A stretch of DNA of 61,823 nucleotides, filler included, from Kipferlia bialata (taxonomy: Eukaryota): assembly GCA_003568945.1 (NCBI GenBank). It is 3 parts of 2 records of this genome, joined end to end, with 100 filler letters (N's around TTAATTAATTAA, not from the genome) between each part and the next. Parts side by side here need not be neighbours in the genome. Positions count along the whole stretch, not along the records: positions 1 to 31,592 come from BDIP01000105.1; 2 more parts are not named here. The stretch is one strand, 5' to 3'. The notes under the pieces were generated by a model. That model saw only the letters and a program-made list of their open reading frames with translations. It was not told the DNA's origin and made no database searches. A program made the position numbers and the translations under genes. Shown piece after piece: positions 13,203-27,100 of the stretch (positions within the stretch are counted from its first letter, which is position 1; every line of letters starts with the position of its first letter).

Positions 13203-13761
13203 ATGCGGGGTGGGATGCTAATCCTTGCCTGTATGTGGGTGTGTCATGTTGTCTGGGCAGGGGCTGTGGGTGACACATTCAATGGGGGTGCTGGTGAGCC
13301 CCTTACCACCTTCTCTCTGCCAGACACTTCCACCCTCCTCGCCCACATAGAGGTCCCAGTACCACCAGGTGCAGTATGTGGTGGTATAGGTGTATACCTA
13401 GAGATAGTAATTGATTATATATACACGTATATATGTGTGTGACGTCCCAGTGTCTTCCTTGACCCCAGGCAGCTGGGCCTCGCATGGCTATGTGTCCTGT
13501 GTGGTCATGACCCCTCAGGGCACACTGTACGTGTGTGACTCATACCATGGTATCCTCTACCAGTACACCAACGCCAATGCCGCCGACCCCTCTCTCCCCG
13601 TTGTGTATGGGGACCCCGTCTGCATCACACCCTCCGAGACCACTACTGAGTACCAGCCCGGCTTCCCAGACGAGGTCACGCTCAACGGAGAGGTATGCTT
13701 GTGTCATGGTGTTGTCTAGTCCAGCAGCGGGATCAGCAGTCTAGAATGTGCAGAATACTCT

Positions 13762-13804
<43 letters not shown>

Positions 13805-15040
13805 AAGCTCACCCCCCCCCCCTTGCTTCATACCCCAGGGTCTCCTTGCGGCCTCTGCCCCCTATTGGGATGACGTGGGTGCTGTGTTTCTCTTCGATGT
13901 CTCTGGCCCGGTCCCTGTGCAGGTGGACACCATCATGGGCACTGGCAACAGCCACACGGGGATGCAGGTGTGTGCCGATGGGGGCACCTTGGCCTTCGAT
14001 GACTTTGAAGGGATGTACATGTACTCAATATATGACAGGACGGGGGATATTGACCCCGCCCTCGAGGGGTTCTATCTCCCACCCGACGGGTACCGCCACT
14101 GGCCAGGAGATGTTCAGATGACGTCAACCAAGATAGTGCTGTCCGGTACGCCGTTTAGCTGATTACGTATTAATGGGAATCGTTACCACAGTTGTATTCT
14201 ACAATGGTTGTCGCCCCTCTTCTACTCTCTAATCCTCCAGGCCGAATGGAGGGAGGTGTGACATGCCTCGATGTACTCGATAGGGCCACAGGGCTGTATA
14301 TAGATGGGGCCAGACTCTGTGGAGATGGGGAGGACAGGTTTGCAGACACCTACGTCGTGATAGAGGGGGAGGGGGAGGAGCTACTCGTAGTAGGCAGTCC
14401 CTGGGCGACAGTGGGGGGTGTATCTAGGGCAGGGACTGTGGATGTGTTCAGATGGGATGAGGCAGCCCTGTCCTATGAGAGGGTCACTGCCATCACCAGC
14501 GAGACACCCACCGACAATGAGCAGTTTGGGCTCAATGTGCAGTATGACATCAGGGCAAGTGTGTTAGCCGTGGGTCAGACTGTGGAAAGGGATAGCGGCA
14601 TGAGTAGCGGTGATGTGGCACTGTTTGGGTGTACCATCCCCGACCTCCTGGGTGGGGCCTGTGCCGCCCTGGGTACCATTGTGCCAGACCAGGCCATGTC
14701 CTCTGTGCAGTATGGGGCGGTGGGGGGTGGGCAGCTGGGGCTGGGGCTGGTGGAGAGGGACGAGGCGGAGGGAGAGTACGTCACATCGGTGTATGTGTTT
14801 GAGGTTGAGTACGACGGCCTGGGTCCCTCCCCCACCCCCGACCCCAACGTCACCCCTGTCACCCCTGAGGCACCGGACACCCCCACTCCCACGTGGCTGA
14901 TAGGGCTGGGGGTGGTGGGGGTGCTGATCCTGGCAGGTGCCGTGTACTGGGTGTGGGTGTCCACCCTGCGGCACAAGCACAGGTACAGCACACTGACCCA
15001 GGCCGTCCCAGTCGACAGCCCACCCATCACAGGGCCTTAG
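13203..15040 (+). CDS. Signal-peptide, FG-GAP/beta-propeller-like, single-TM surface protein (4 exons)
   Basis: N-terminal hydrophobic MRGGMLILACMWVCHVVWA; blades GLLAASAPYWDDVGAVFLFD and ELLVVGSPWATVGGVSRAGTVDVF; PT-rich stalk; TM WLIGLGVVGVLILAGAVYWVWV; introns ~13369-13468, ~13693-13838, ~14146-14241. Confidence 0.75.
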
Positions 15041-15237
15041 ACAGCCATAGGTAGAGAGGGCGGTATAGTAAGTGTTTGTAGTCCCATAGAATCTGAATTT
15101 GTAGCTCTATTACCGACGCTCCTCATAGTATGGTTGTTTACTAGAAAGAGTCTTACGCAAAATGGGGACACTAATGCTCTCCCTGGCTAAGCGGCTATTA
15201 CTGCTTAACTGCTGGTCCGCACCGCCCTGGGACCCCC

Positions 15238-18200
15238 TCACCCCCATGCCGTGCTGACTGTCTGCGCAGTCGTGCTGGGGGTACGCTGGTACCCCTGCCA
15301 GACCTGGGGGTGGAACACTAGGGGATGTATGTATATGTATGCATACTATACAGCTGTGACACTGCGCACCTTGACCTTTCTCTTTGCAGCTCTGGGTCTG
15401 TCCCTGCCAGAGGGTGTCGCAGGGCTCGTGCTCACCCTAGGGCTCACTGTGGCAAAGGTCAGCCTGGGGGAAGCGGGTAGACAGGGTATACAGTATATGC
15501 AGGTCCCCTCTAGTATGGGTGATGTACACCAGTGTATGGCACTCACGTTGACTGGTTACCCATGCCAGGGGTGGACTTGCACCGCAAGGGGGTCTCCCTG
15601 AGGTCTCCATAGACCTTCTTGCTCCCAGCCACCCGGTGCAGTGCCGCGCCTGGGGTAGAGGGCGGTACCTGGTGGTGAGAATACCATCGCCACACCACAT
15701 CACACAAAGTAGGACCAGACAGAGTCACATACTGCATATCATATACATCGCATACACACATGCCCCTCACCATGGGCTCAGGTCTGCCCGGAGTGGCCAG
15801 GGCACGGACACGTCCTGTGCGCCTCTTGCTGTTGGGTCCCCTCGCCATCACATCGTCGAAGCCTAGGCCAAGGTCTGAGTCTCTGTCCCGTCCATCCCCC
15901 ATCCTGCCATCAGCGGAGTCTGTCCGTGTCAGGCCTCGTCTTGAGGGGGACGGGGCCGGACGCTTGCTGCGAATAGCTATGTCATCCCCACCATACACGG
16001 GGTTGAAGTGGGGCTCCGTACCATCCCTGCCTACCCCTCTACCCAGGGCCATAGCCATAGAGACAGTCTTCCCAAACACAGGCTGGGCTCTCTCTCTGTG
16101 TGTGTCTCCCTGGGGCTCTGCCTCCAGATCATCCTCCCCCTCACTCCCACTCTCCTGCGATCCCCCGTCGTATGCCTCCCTAGACGGCGAGGGTGTCCCC
16201 ATGCCCTTCAGAACAGGCAGGTTGGGCTGGTTGAGGGCAGCCCGCATAGCATTGGCAAGGCCGATGGTGCCCAGTACAACCTGTGTGGGTCAGTCTATTA
16301 TGCACATCTAAACAGCACACCACATGCATACACCCACCTGGACCTCCTCACAGGACACCCCTCCCCGGGCCAGACCCGTCTCAATGGCATCTCGCAGCAG
16401 AGAGCACCCGCCGGCAGAGTCACGGGGCTGCTTCTGTCTTGCAGCCACCCTAGAGAGTCAGCAACAGTAACAGCCACACATGGAGAAACACAGCCCTACT
16501 ACACCTACCTGGCCCCTCCCCCCGACTGGGCTGAGGTGCGTCTGATGAGGAGGACGTGCACGGCGTGTCGCTGCAGACCCGGCTTCTGCAGACCCCGGAT
16601 GATATGGCGGGCCTCTACCCTGAGAGTGAGGGCCACTCACTCACTGAATGGTATCGAGACAGCAACACACACACACACCACCCCCCCTCCTAGCCACCCA
16701 CCTGGCATCAGCTATGGAGGCATTGGCAGCAGGGAACCTGACCACAAACGCCACGTTCCCACAGGTGATGTCAGCAACGCCCAGGGCCTGGTGTGAGGAT
16801 ACTATAGGAACACACGGGACTCTGAAAGACAGGACGGTGTTGATATCACCTTGGAGTTTGACTTGCGCACTGTGAATCCCACGGCTGCCAATGAGGCACC
16901 CAGGGCACTGTTGACATCCTCGGGTCGCATCCTGGGGGTCAGACACACAGAGCTCCACCATATCAAACCCCTGACTGGCATACCAACCCTACAGAGACCC
17001 CTATACCTGATGGTGATGGGGGGCAGTGCCGTCCTGCCGATCCCTGCAATCATCCTGTCTCTCTTCCTCGGCGACATCCCTGGGAACGTGTCCCTGACAT
17101 CACCCTTGGCCTTAGAGACAGCAGGGGAGGGGACGGGGTCGGGCTCAGCGACCCTGCCCCTCTCGCCCCCCACCACCCGGCCCCTGGTGTCCAGCCACAG
17201 CTGACCCCTGGGCTGCCGGTGGTCCATGGCTATGTAGACGGTGCCAGGGGGGTGGTCGGCCTCACTCACACACACAGACACCCCGGTATAGAGGGCGTTG
17301 ACCTGGCGCATGTCTGGGGGCAGAGGGGGGCCCTGTGCCTGGAGGGGGTCTCTCATCAGGGCACAGGGAGCGGTGACGGCAGGGTATGTGGGCGGCGTGG
17401 AGGGGCTGGGCATGGAATGCTCTATGGACAGGGTCACAGGTTGGGGGCACAGAGAGGTTATGGTGCGCAGCATGGCCTTGCCCACAACCAGAGGCACACT
17501 GTTAGACTGGGGTGAGATGTCGACACGGTCTGAGTAGGTACCCCATACAACAACACCCAACAACACCCAAAAGGGTGTCAATCTCACCTGCAGCACACCC
17601 AGACTAGACGTCAGACACCGGGGGGGACCAACCCTGACGGTGAGCACTTAAAAAAAGAAATATTGACAAGACAAATAGAGTCAGGACTATCGCAACATAC
17701 TCCACCTGCCGAGTGCCTCGAGGATAGGCTCTATGCGCATGGTGGTGAGGAAGGGGGCCAGAGGGCCCTGGGCCCTCGCTACCTGGGGTTAGTACTCCAA
17801 TGGATACTGAATCGACACTCAATCAACACTCACCCTGGCGTAATTGGACGCAGGTGCGTTCCCCAGCCTGGCCATCTTGAGCAAGGTCCTACCGAACACC
17901 ACGTGTGACAGGGCCCGCTTCAGCCCAGCCGACGTCTCCTCGGTGAACATCCGCTGGAGGTCACCAATACCCACGGCCCATATGCCCCCTGGGGTCAGTC
18001 AAAATGAGGGTCACGCACGATAGAAACACCAATACTGATACATTCATACCTGGGATATTCTGTCCGCATCCGTTCTGCTTGAGGAAGTGTCCGGCTGGCT
18101 GTACGGCCTTGAGGAGTGCCTGCTCCAGTGCCACCAGTCCATCAGGGGGAGCGGCATACATGCAGAGACTGAGGGGCGGAGGGCGGCATCCGTCAGGCAG

Positions 18201-21200
18201 CGACACGGGTTTGGACAGGGCATGCACACCGAGTGGGGTGCATATGCGAGAGAGAGAGACTGGTGCAGACGGCACGGAGGTCACAGGATGGACCACAAGT
18301 GGGGGCGACAACCACGTCGGAAGGGGGGTGGGGCCGTGTCCTGTGTGATACAGATAGATATATGGATAGATGGAGATAGACTGACAAGGGTACACTGTAT
18401 AGAAGCTGACACCCACCTGGGAGTATGACGCTAGGGGCACACACCACTGCACCGATAGCCGTGGAGAGTATGGTGTGGGCGGTGAACACTGCAATGGCGC
18501 TTTGAGACACAACAAGTAGGGAACCAGGGGCAACTGCACCTAGATCAGCGGCTGTCGCCACCTCCGCCAACCTCTTGACCTCGGCCACCAGATGGGCTAG
18601 GTCTCTGCACCATATAGCATCGGAGAGGGCACCCAGCCCCAGAGTGGCCCCGTCCGGCCCTGCCTCCTTGTCGTCCTGTACCACCTGTGCTATGTACTCT
18701 CTGAATGTGTCCTCAGCAGCCATCACACACTCGGGCACCACTAGGAGAGTGTGGGTATGGGCAGGGGGCTCCGTTGTGTGGCGAGCACCCTCGCCTGGGA
18801 CCCCCCCAAGGGCCCTGCCTAGGGCCACGTTGGACTCGGCTGCAGACAGGAGCAGAGGGCGGAGATGGGTGAAGACCCCTGCCGCCATGCACAGAGAGAG
18901 ATGGAAGGCAGAGAGGTACCCAAGGAGAGGGAACCCCTTGGCAGCAGATGGCCTGTCAGCGTCGGTGTCTGCCTCATCACTAGACACAGTCCCAGTGGAG
19001 ATGGCTAGCCTAGTACGGCCCCTGGCCACCTGCTTTGCTACGGCCCTGTGGATGGACCCCGAGACCGAGGTGTCTGGGGCGTCAGTCAGGATGGTGGACT
19101 CCTCAGCCCCCAGCTCGGTGCCGATGTCGACGTCGTTGGCCATGAGGTATGCGTCAATCATGGACAGACCCCCACCTCCACCCTGGCTCTGCTGGGTATG
19201 GGCAGGGGGGGCGTCGTACCCATCGACAGTGTCGTCACCACCTACAGTATCTGCCTCAGGTGCAGCAACGTTGTCGGTGTCCCTCTCCACCTCGCTGTCA
19301 AGGGCCACGGGAGATACAGGGGGTGGGCGACGCTTGGCAGAGACCGCTGCGAGGGGGGGTATGGGGGGAGCAGGGGGAGGGGCAAAGGGCAGGGTCCGGC
19401 TGGTAGGGGCACAGAGACTGGAGTCAGAGCATGTTGGGAACAACAAATGCGACACAGACCACCAAACAATACTGTGTCGCACACTCACCTTGGTACCGCC
19501 CTCTGGACCTTCTGGCGCAGAGTCTTCGCCTGTCCGCACACATTGTGTGTAGAGAGTGCGCCCCATGGAGCATCCTCACTCACGTGCCACGGGGTGACGA
19601 CTGTGTTGCACTGACCAGCTATCACTGTGGATACATTAGAAAGGAGGGCCACGGGGGGAGGGGGTGGCAGGGGGAGGGAGAATGGGAGGAGAGAGGAGGG
19701 ACGTGCATCCACAGCTAGGTGTCCTCCCTCCACCTCACTGTCGACCCTCATGAGACTATGTACCATGATAACCTCCTGACTGTCTACCTCCACAGGGCTG
19801 GTGGTAGGAGTGGCATGGGCAGTTGGGTGGGTGTCCCCACCCGTGGCTGATTCACCTATCCTGGCCAGGAAGGAGGCAGGGCTTGTGTTCTTGTCGACAG
19901 CCTCCCCAGTGTCCCTCCCCTCCCTCCCCTCCCTCCCCTCCCTCCCCTCTCTGGGGTGTGTGGGGTGGGGTGTCTGTCTGCCTCTGATGGTGGGTGTGGC
20001 CATGGCAGCAAGGTGGCTGGGCCCCTTCTGTGCAGCCTTGGGTGGAGACTCGAGCTCACTGAGGGTGTCAGCCTCCTGCTGCCCATTGCCAGACCCACCA
20101 CTGGTAGGCACCACACTGACACTGGGGGACGACATGCTGTGTGTAATGCATGTCCGCTCTCCCTCCTTCTCCCCCTCCGACTGGGAGTCCTGCTGCGACG
20201 CCAGACTCCGCTGGGCCATGACCCCACTGCCCGGCACATACCCATAGGCAGTGTCCACAGAGGGCACACCCCCAGGACCCACAGCGGTAGGGGTGGGGGC
20301 ACCCGGGCTGAGAACAGCGGTGGGGGCAGGTGCCTGTGGGGTTCTCATTGGGATGCCAAGCAGAGACAGGGCAGAGGAGTTGTCGTCTGAGTCTGCATCG
20401 GCCTCTGAGTGCTCGGGGCTGGCAGGTGGGTGAGTCTTGTCCAGTGTCTGTCTGGCAGGAGACTGGGCCTCAGTTGCAACGGGGGACTCCTGGCTAAGGG
20501 TACCACCCAAGTCACCCAAGTCACCTGCCATGTCCTCCTGATCATCCTGGTCCTCCTGGTCAGACACGGCATGGGGGGAGGGCACGGTGTGGGGGGCAGA
20601 GACTGGGGAACATGCCGAGATGGGTTCAAGTGCGGCATCGTCAGTGTCCTTGGAAGGGACGGCACCATCTGTGGAACCATCATCCTTGACTGGAACCCTG
20701 TCTGCCGAGCACACAGTACCCTCAGCAACGACAAACTCAACCTCGCCTACCTGGGTCTCCTCCATACCCACCTCAGCGAGGGTATCAGTGAGGGAGGGTA
20801 CCTCCTCGGCAGTTGTGTCATCGGCAGGGGTGTCATCGACACAAGCGTGGGGGGCAGCAGCCTGTAGAGCTGAGGACGTGGGGTCGGGGCCAGGGGATGT
20901 TGGCATCACAGGTGCCACATAGTCAGGTCCTGAGTGGGTGTCGGCTGGTGTTGGCTCAGGGGGGACTGACTGGGAAGGCGACATGGAGAAGGACGTCAGG
21001 GAGTGTAAGCTGTACTGCTGCTCGTCCTCAAAGAGAGCAGGGCCCGGCAGAGTAACAAGCATCTCCCCCATGGCCTCTCCCTCTCCCTCCCCCTCCCTCT
21101 CCTCCCCCTCACTCTGACTAAGCACACCCAGCACCTGCGGCGGCATGTCCTCCTCCTCCTGAGAGGGAGCTGTGTCCTCAAGGGGGCCCTGCTCACACCC

Positions 21201-22860
21201 TGCATAGCCCACCCATGCCTCAGAGACAGGGGCCTCGGGGAGGGGCACCTCACACACAACCACCTCGAGCCCATGGCCCAGGGTCCAGAGGGGCTCTGCC
21301 AGCTCCTGGCCTGTGCCCTCCCCCCCTGTCCTCAGCAGCAGCCGCGCCATGTCGAGGGGTCTCTCCGTGCACATGTAGCACCCGATGACATCGGGGATGG
21401 GTCGGGGGCAGGGGGAGTCGAGGTCGAGGCGGGGCACAGACAGAGGCCGGGGCAGACCAAGGATCGTGTAGGCCCGGAATGTCTCCCCCAGAGTCACCAG
21501 AGGAGCGGCCACCTCCCGCCCTACCTCGGACGTCGTCTCTGCCCTCTCCCCTACCCTTGCCGTCACAGCGGCCTTAGCCACTCTTGAGGGAGGGGGGAGG
21601 GCGGCCCTCAGGTCACGGCTGGAGGGAATGACTGAAGACAGGTGCATGGCGGTGAGGCCCCCGATGAAAGAGGCGTTATATGGGTTGGGGTCGCCGGGTA
21701 TCTGGGTCAGAGGCAGCTCCAACAGGGGGAGGGCGGGGGGTGCCATACCAGACCCAGGGCCAGAGGGAGATGGAGGCCCATGCAGACGGGCAAGGGAGGG
21801 GAACCCCAACTGTACGGGTGTGCATGCCGCCTCCCACGCCTGTCTGTCCCTGCCGCACTGTACTGCTATGGAGTCGGCGGTAGCAGAGTACGGCTCTGTC
21901 ACAGACCGGTCGCACAACTTGGACAGCACGGGGGAGGCGGAGAACGGGTCAGACGGGTGGGGTATGCTTAGGGGGGCCAGTCCGGCATACACCGAGTCGG
22001 CATATGCAGCGAGGTCACCCTGGGCTGATAGGGGGTCGGTGTCAGGGGTATCCACCTGGGGGTTGGACGCAGAGAAGAGGGAGATGTTTCTATCATTACA
22101 CACACACACGGATGAAACGAAGGTACAATTAATGTGTGAAGGAGACATTCCGAATGCTCTGATAGTGTGACGATAGAGGGTGGGGTTATACGACCAATGC
22201 ACAGTAACGCACTCCCTCACCAACCTGACTGAAGAGACACGAGTCCCCTGTGCACCCCTGGTCGGCTAGGAGGTCACCCGCCATGGATGTGTACATGTCA
22301 CCCAGAGTCACATCGTCATCAAGCACCCCGACCTCCAAATACACATGGTCCGGCAGCAGTACCAGAGGGGCATCCAACGGGTCCTCGAACACGTGGAATG
22401 GTGCCATTGGCATGAGGTCACAGAGGGCAGAGGATGGCAGGACAGGGGGCACAACCTGGACCAGAGACAGGTGGCTGGATATGGAGGCATACTCCGGGAT
22501 GGGGCTGACATCGTAGCTCAGCAGTGGCACTTCCAGACACACAGGGGCAGTGGGGAGGCTGATGTGTGTCACGACAGGGGAGTCCGGCAAAGCAGCCAGC
22601 TCCTCACTGACACCAATGGCAGCAGAGCGGAACTCAGCAATGATGTCCTCTATGCTAGGCACACGCACCTCAGGTACCCGTGCTGGTGCCTCCACTGGGA
22701 TATCCAGAGGCTGCATCCGTCTGAGGACTTCTCTCATGGGCATCATCTGACTGAGCACCTGCTTCATCTTGGGTACCTTCATCAGTGAGTGGCACTCGGG
22801 GGGGCGCAGGCTCTCCTCTAGCTCCCCCCAAAAGTCTCGATGTCCAGTACGTAACACCAT
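15238..22860 (-). CDS. Very large multi-exon protein, mostly low-complexity, with a possible degenerate ERCC4/XPF-like domain near the C-terminus
   Basis: ORFs 22186-22860, 19485-22223, 18193-19566, 16802-17647 and 15543-16247 are linkable by GT-AG introns; last exon frame and stop uncertain. The domain call rests on pattern only. Confidence 0.6.
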
Positions 22861-24153
22861 TGTGCGAGTGTGTGAAGAGAGCTCATTGTGATGTGGATGA
22901 ATCTGAAGGAGTGTGGCGAGATTTGCGGCTCAAGGTTTTTCTTTTGTTCAACCCCTAGACATGAAACTCGATCAGGATAATCAGCCGACGCACAATGTGA
23001 CTCTTCAGCTCAGTAACCTCAGTTGAATGATCACATCATACAAGAACGCCAAAACTGTGTATACAAGTGGAGATTCCTCAGGTAGGCTAGTGGTACCATT
23101 CATATTGTTGTCACTGACTATAGGTGTCTCGTACGGTGTCTCCAATGGAGTCGAGGTTGTACATCTATCTATCGCCCCTGGAGACATCATCCCATCCCAT
23201 GCTCTACCATTCAATGTGACTTTCTTTGTTAGCAGCGGTACTGGAGCAGTCACTCTGGGGGGCGAGCAGGAGGAAAGTCTATCGTTTTAGAATAGCGAAT
23301 AGTGATACACCAGATGGACCATCATCTCACATTCAGGTGACAGTGGAGAGGCAGTCACTGGTTACAGCTCCTGCCGGAGTGCAGAGATCCTGGCGGAACT
23401 CTGCAGATGATGTCTTAGAGTTGGTAGTGATGAAACACATCGGCACCAACCAATAGACTCTTTGTTGGCCTTCGTGTTTGATCGCTTGACACTTGTATCG
23501 ATTACCCTAATTACTAATGTGTGATAAGTATGCCATAGAACACCTCCCCAGCGGGGCCCCCCCGTCGGGATGCAGCAAGTGTTGGCCCAAGTTGGGCAAC
23601 ACCTTGAAGGTCCTGCTGGAGTCTAGACCCTTACTTCAAAGAACTCTGAACCCTTTTGTAGAAATTTGAGTATCAAGGATGTCTCTCGTAGTCCTCTCTC
23701 AGAAGAATTGGCTAAAGCAGAATAGCAACAGTACTTGTAGCAGAGCTGATTATAGTGGGAGACAGGGTGCTACAGGATGCCTTCGCTTACTTTTGGTACG
23801 GAGTGTAAGTTTTAGGTTTGGGTCAATAATGTACACATTTTCTTACAGCAGAAATCGGCGTCACTGGTCTTCGCAATGCACCATTACAAGAGAATGCACT
23901 TCCAGTACACAGCTTCGCGTCGGCTTCTCTGCTGAATAGGTAACTTTTGTCATCTCTCCGCTCATATATTGCAAGTCTTAATCAATATACCTTCATCCAC
24001 TCAATACGATGTCCTCACCCAGGTCCTCGGCGTTGCTCCCAGACTCTGTCCAGTTCAGGCACATCACGTGAGTGCCCGTATGTAACTGTCGCCCATTTTC
24101 ACATCCTAGTTGTGCAGTTATACTGTCTTTTCCCTCCTTATTCCAGCCCTGAT

Positions 24154-27100
24154 ATGGACGATGACGATATACCATCTGGAGAGGACCTCTTCTTCGCCTC
24201 AGACAAGGTGGCGAGTCTCTCTGTCCCTGTGGCCTCCCGGGATGCCATCCCTGCAGCCCTCATGGCCTTTGAGGCCAGTGTCTCTGTGGTGGGGTGTCTG
24301 CCCACCTATGCCAAGCCCGGTAAGGAGGACATCCCACCAGTGGACACCCACGCACCCTCCCACGGTGCCCATGTGGCCGACATCAAGACGTGCATCCTGG
24401 GGACGTGTGTGGTGCCTGCGTCCACCCTTGTGACGGGTGCCATAGACGCCGAGGACAGGGAGGTGGCCGAGGGCCTGGGGGGGGAGGGGGTGTGGCTGGC
24501 GCTGACTGTGCAGGACTCCCTCCTGGGCCAGGGCATGGAGTCCGAGGAGACTGCCATGGACAGATGTCCCACGGTGTGTGTGACACTCGCTGTGCGGTAC
24601 AGTGAGGATCAGGAGGACGCCGTGGCAGCCGAGGGTGGGGTGGGTGAGACTGGTGCAGAGGGGGAGGAGACGGAGAAGGAGAAGGAGTATGTATCAGCGA
24701 TGGAAGGAGGAGCGATGCTGACCGTCGACGTTCAGGGCATATTCTCCCCCCCTGGCTTCCCAGCCGAGACGTCTCTGGGCATGGCCGTGTCCCTACCCCT
24801 AGTGGGAGAGGGCACCCCTGCCTCCACCCCCCTCCTCGGCCTGACCCATGGCACTGTCTCCCCCCTGGCCCCAGAGCATGCCATGGAGGCCCCTCCTCCG
24901 GCCTATGACCCCGAGGCCACCCTGCAGACCACTCTGTCCAGACACATAGCCTCCAGCGAGGCAGCCCACGCTCCTCACGTCCTGTTCGACAAGGTATCAG
25001 CATATGTATCAGTATCTGTTTGATCATGTTTCTGTGGTCCTGTGAACCCGATCGGAATCATGACAGTTCTCCTCCTGTAATTATCCCCAGGGTCCATCTC
25101 TTTCACCTCTTCTTGGACCTCCCTATCTATCCATCTATCTCACCCAGGCCATCCCGGAAGCCCATTTCTTGTCTCTCCTCAACACGCCCCCCTCCCTATC
25201 GACCCCTGGGTCCGAGAACTCGCCCGGCCTCACTGCCGCAGAGCGTGCTCTCTCCTCCATGGCCAACACCAAGGGGGGGGAGGCAGAGGGTCAGGCTGTG
25301 GAGCCCCTGCCGCTCTTCCCAAGTGCCGCTGAGGCCCTGGCCGCTGCCTACCTCGAGGGCCATGGCCACCCAGCCGAGGCAGGGGAGGGCAGGGCGAGCC
25401 GGGCAGCTGCTCCAGTGACCAAGGGGACAGGTCAGGCCAAGGGAGCCCCCCGCATCCACCCCCCTACCTGCGACAAGGACATCAAGCCCCCCCGCATGAT
25501 AGCCAACCACACGCAGCAAGTGTACCTCTCAGACTCCCTCCTCGACCGAATGCAGGCCTCGGCTGAGGGCGGGCCTGATCTGGCGCTGGTGGTGAGTGTG
25601 GCTGGTAACCCCGCGCAAGGAGGGGTGGGCTGTGTGTCCCTCAGGGACCTGGCCACCCCCGGTGCCACCCGGGCTGCGGTGCGTGTGCCCCTGTCCCACT
25701 CCGCTGCCCCTGTGTCCCACCCCCCTGCCCCCAAGGAGAAGGAGAGGGCGGGGAGCAGAGCCAGGAGCAGAGCCTCGAAGAAGAGTGACGATCCCACCTT
25801 CGACCCCGACGCCCCATTCCGAGCCACCAACTCATACATGTCCCTCTCCCTCACCCTCTCCACCCCTCTGGTGCCCCTCCCCTTCCTTGACGATGCGTCC
25901 GATGCCCCCACCCCTGTCACCTCTGCCACTATGCACACAGGGGCTGTGGTAGGGGCAGACAGGGCCAGGGAACAGGCACTCAGGAGGATGGGACGGAGTG
26001 TGCGCAGCGTCCTGGGCCGCAGGTTCTGTGGGAGGGAGCAGGCCAGACATGCGGTGCAGGCTGCTCTGAGGCCTCACGTGGTTTCTATGGCTAGGCAAGG
26101 GGTCGTGGGGCCAGAGGAACTACGTACCGCCCTACTAAGGGGGGTGAGTGGTGCAGGGGTCCTAGAGGGAGAAGAGAAGGCGCAGGAGCTACAGAGCGTG
26201 CAGCGCGAGATGCAGCGGTGTCGGGGGATGCTGCTCCCGCCATTTGTCTCCACTCTCTCTCTGGCCACTGCCTCCCTGGCCGACCTCCTCATGAGGCTAC
26301 AGGACCAGGACGGGGACTCAGCAGAGACGGAGAAGGTTACCGGGCTCTATGCATCCGCTGCATTGCGCCGCCGTAGCCGGGGTAGGGCCGTCGCTGTCCC
26401 AGAGCAGTACCCCCCCAGCCTGGAGGCAGCTGAGGATGTGTGCGATGAGGACTGTGCGGCTGCAGCAGAGGCAGAGGCCGCAATATCTGTTGTCATGGAC
26501 CATCTCTCACACTCCCCCTCTCTTCCCCTTGCGCTACTTGCGGTGTGCGAGAGGCTCTGCTTGGGTGACACCGACATGGGCATATACAGGGAGCCGGGTG
26601 CTGTGTCCTCCTGTGGTCCCAGGCGCCACCTTCCCTCCATGTCCGTGGCCAGTGTGTTGGCATCCACCGTCGGTGAGGCCCTGGCCTCTGGCGGCAGGGA
26701 GAGCGAGCGTGCTGGGCGGCCTGATGCCTGGCTGGGCCATGCTGCCCATGCCCTGTGTCTATGCGTGGCAGGCAGAGACCCAGAGGCACAGGCAGCGTGG
26801 GGGGAGTACGACGCAGAGATGCAGACGCTGTGTGGCGACTGGTCGCCGGTGTCTGCCGGGGGTGAGGCCAGGACACACGTCCTTAGACTCATGGGGCTCC
26901 TGGCCCTGCTTGAGCTAGGGGTGGCCCAGGGCGCAGAGCGGCTGGCTACTGCCGTACTTCCATCTCTCTCTCTCCCTCCGTCCCTTCTGGAGGCTGAGGG
27001 TGATGATGTTGAAGACGTGTGTGTGTACTTGGCTGCTAGGGTGTGTTTGCTCGCCAGTCAGTGTGGTGTGCCTCTAGATGACATGCATGAGTCTATCGTA

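Noticed and set aside
18575..22170. Long plus-strand ORFs (e.g. 18575-19552, 21628-22170) and similar antisense ORFs at 27214-27951 and 54346-55908
   Set aside because: Shadows of GC-rich coding sequence on the opposite strand; no independent motifs or splice structure.
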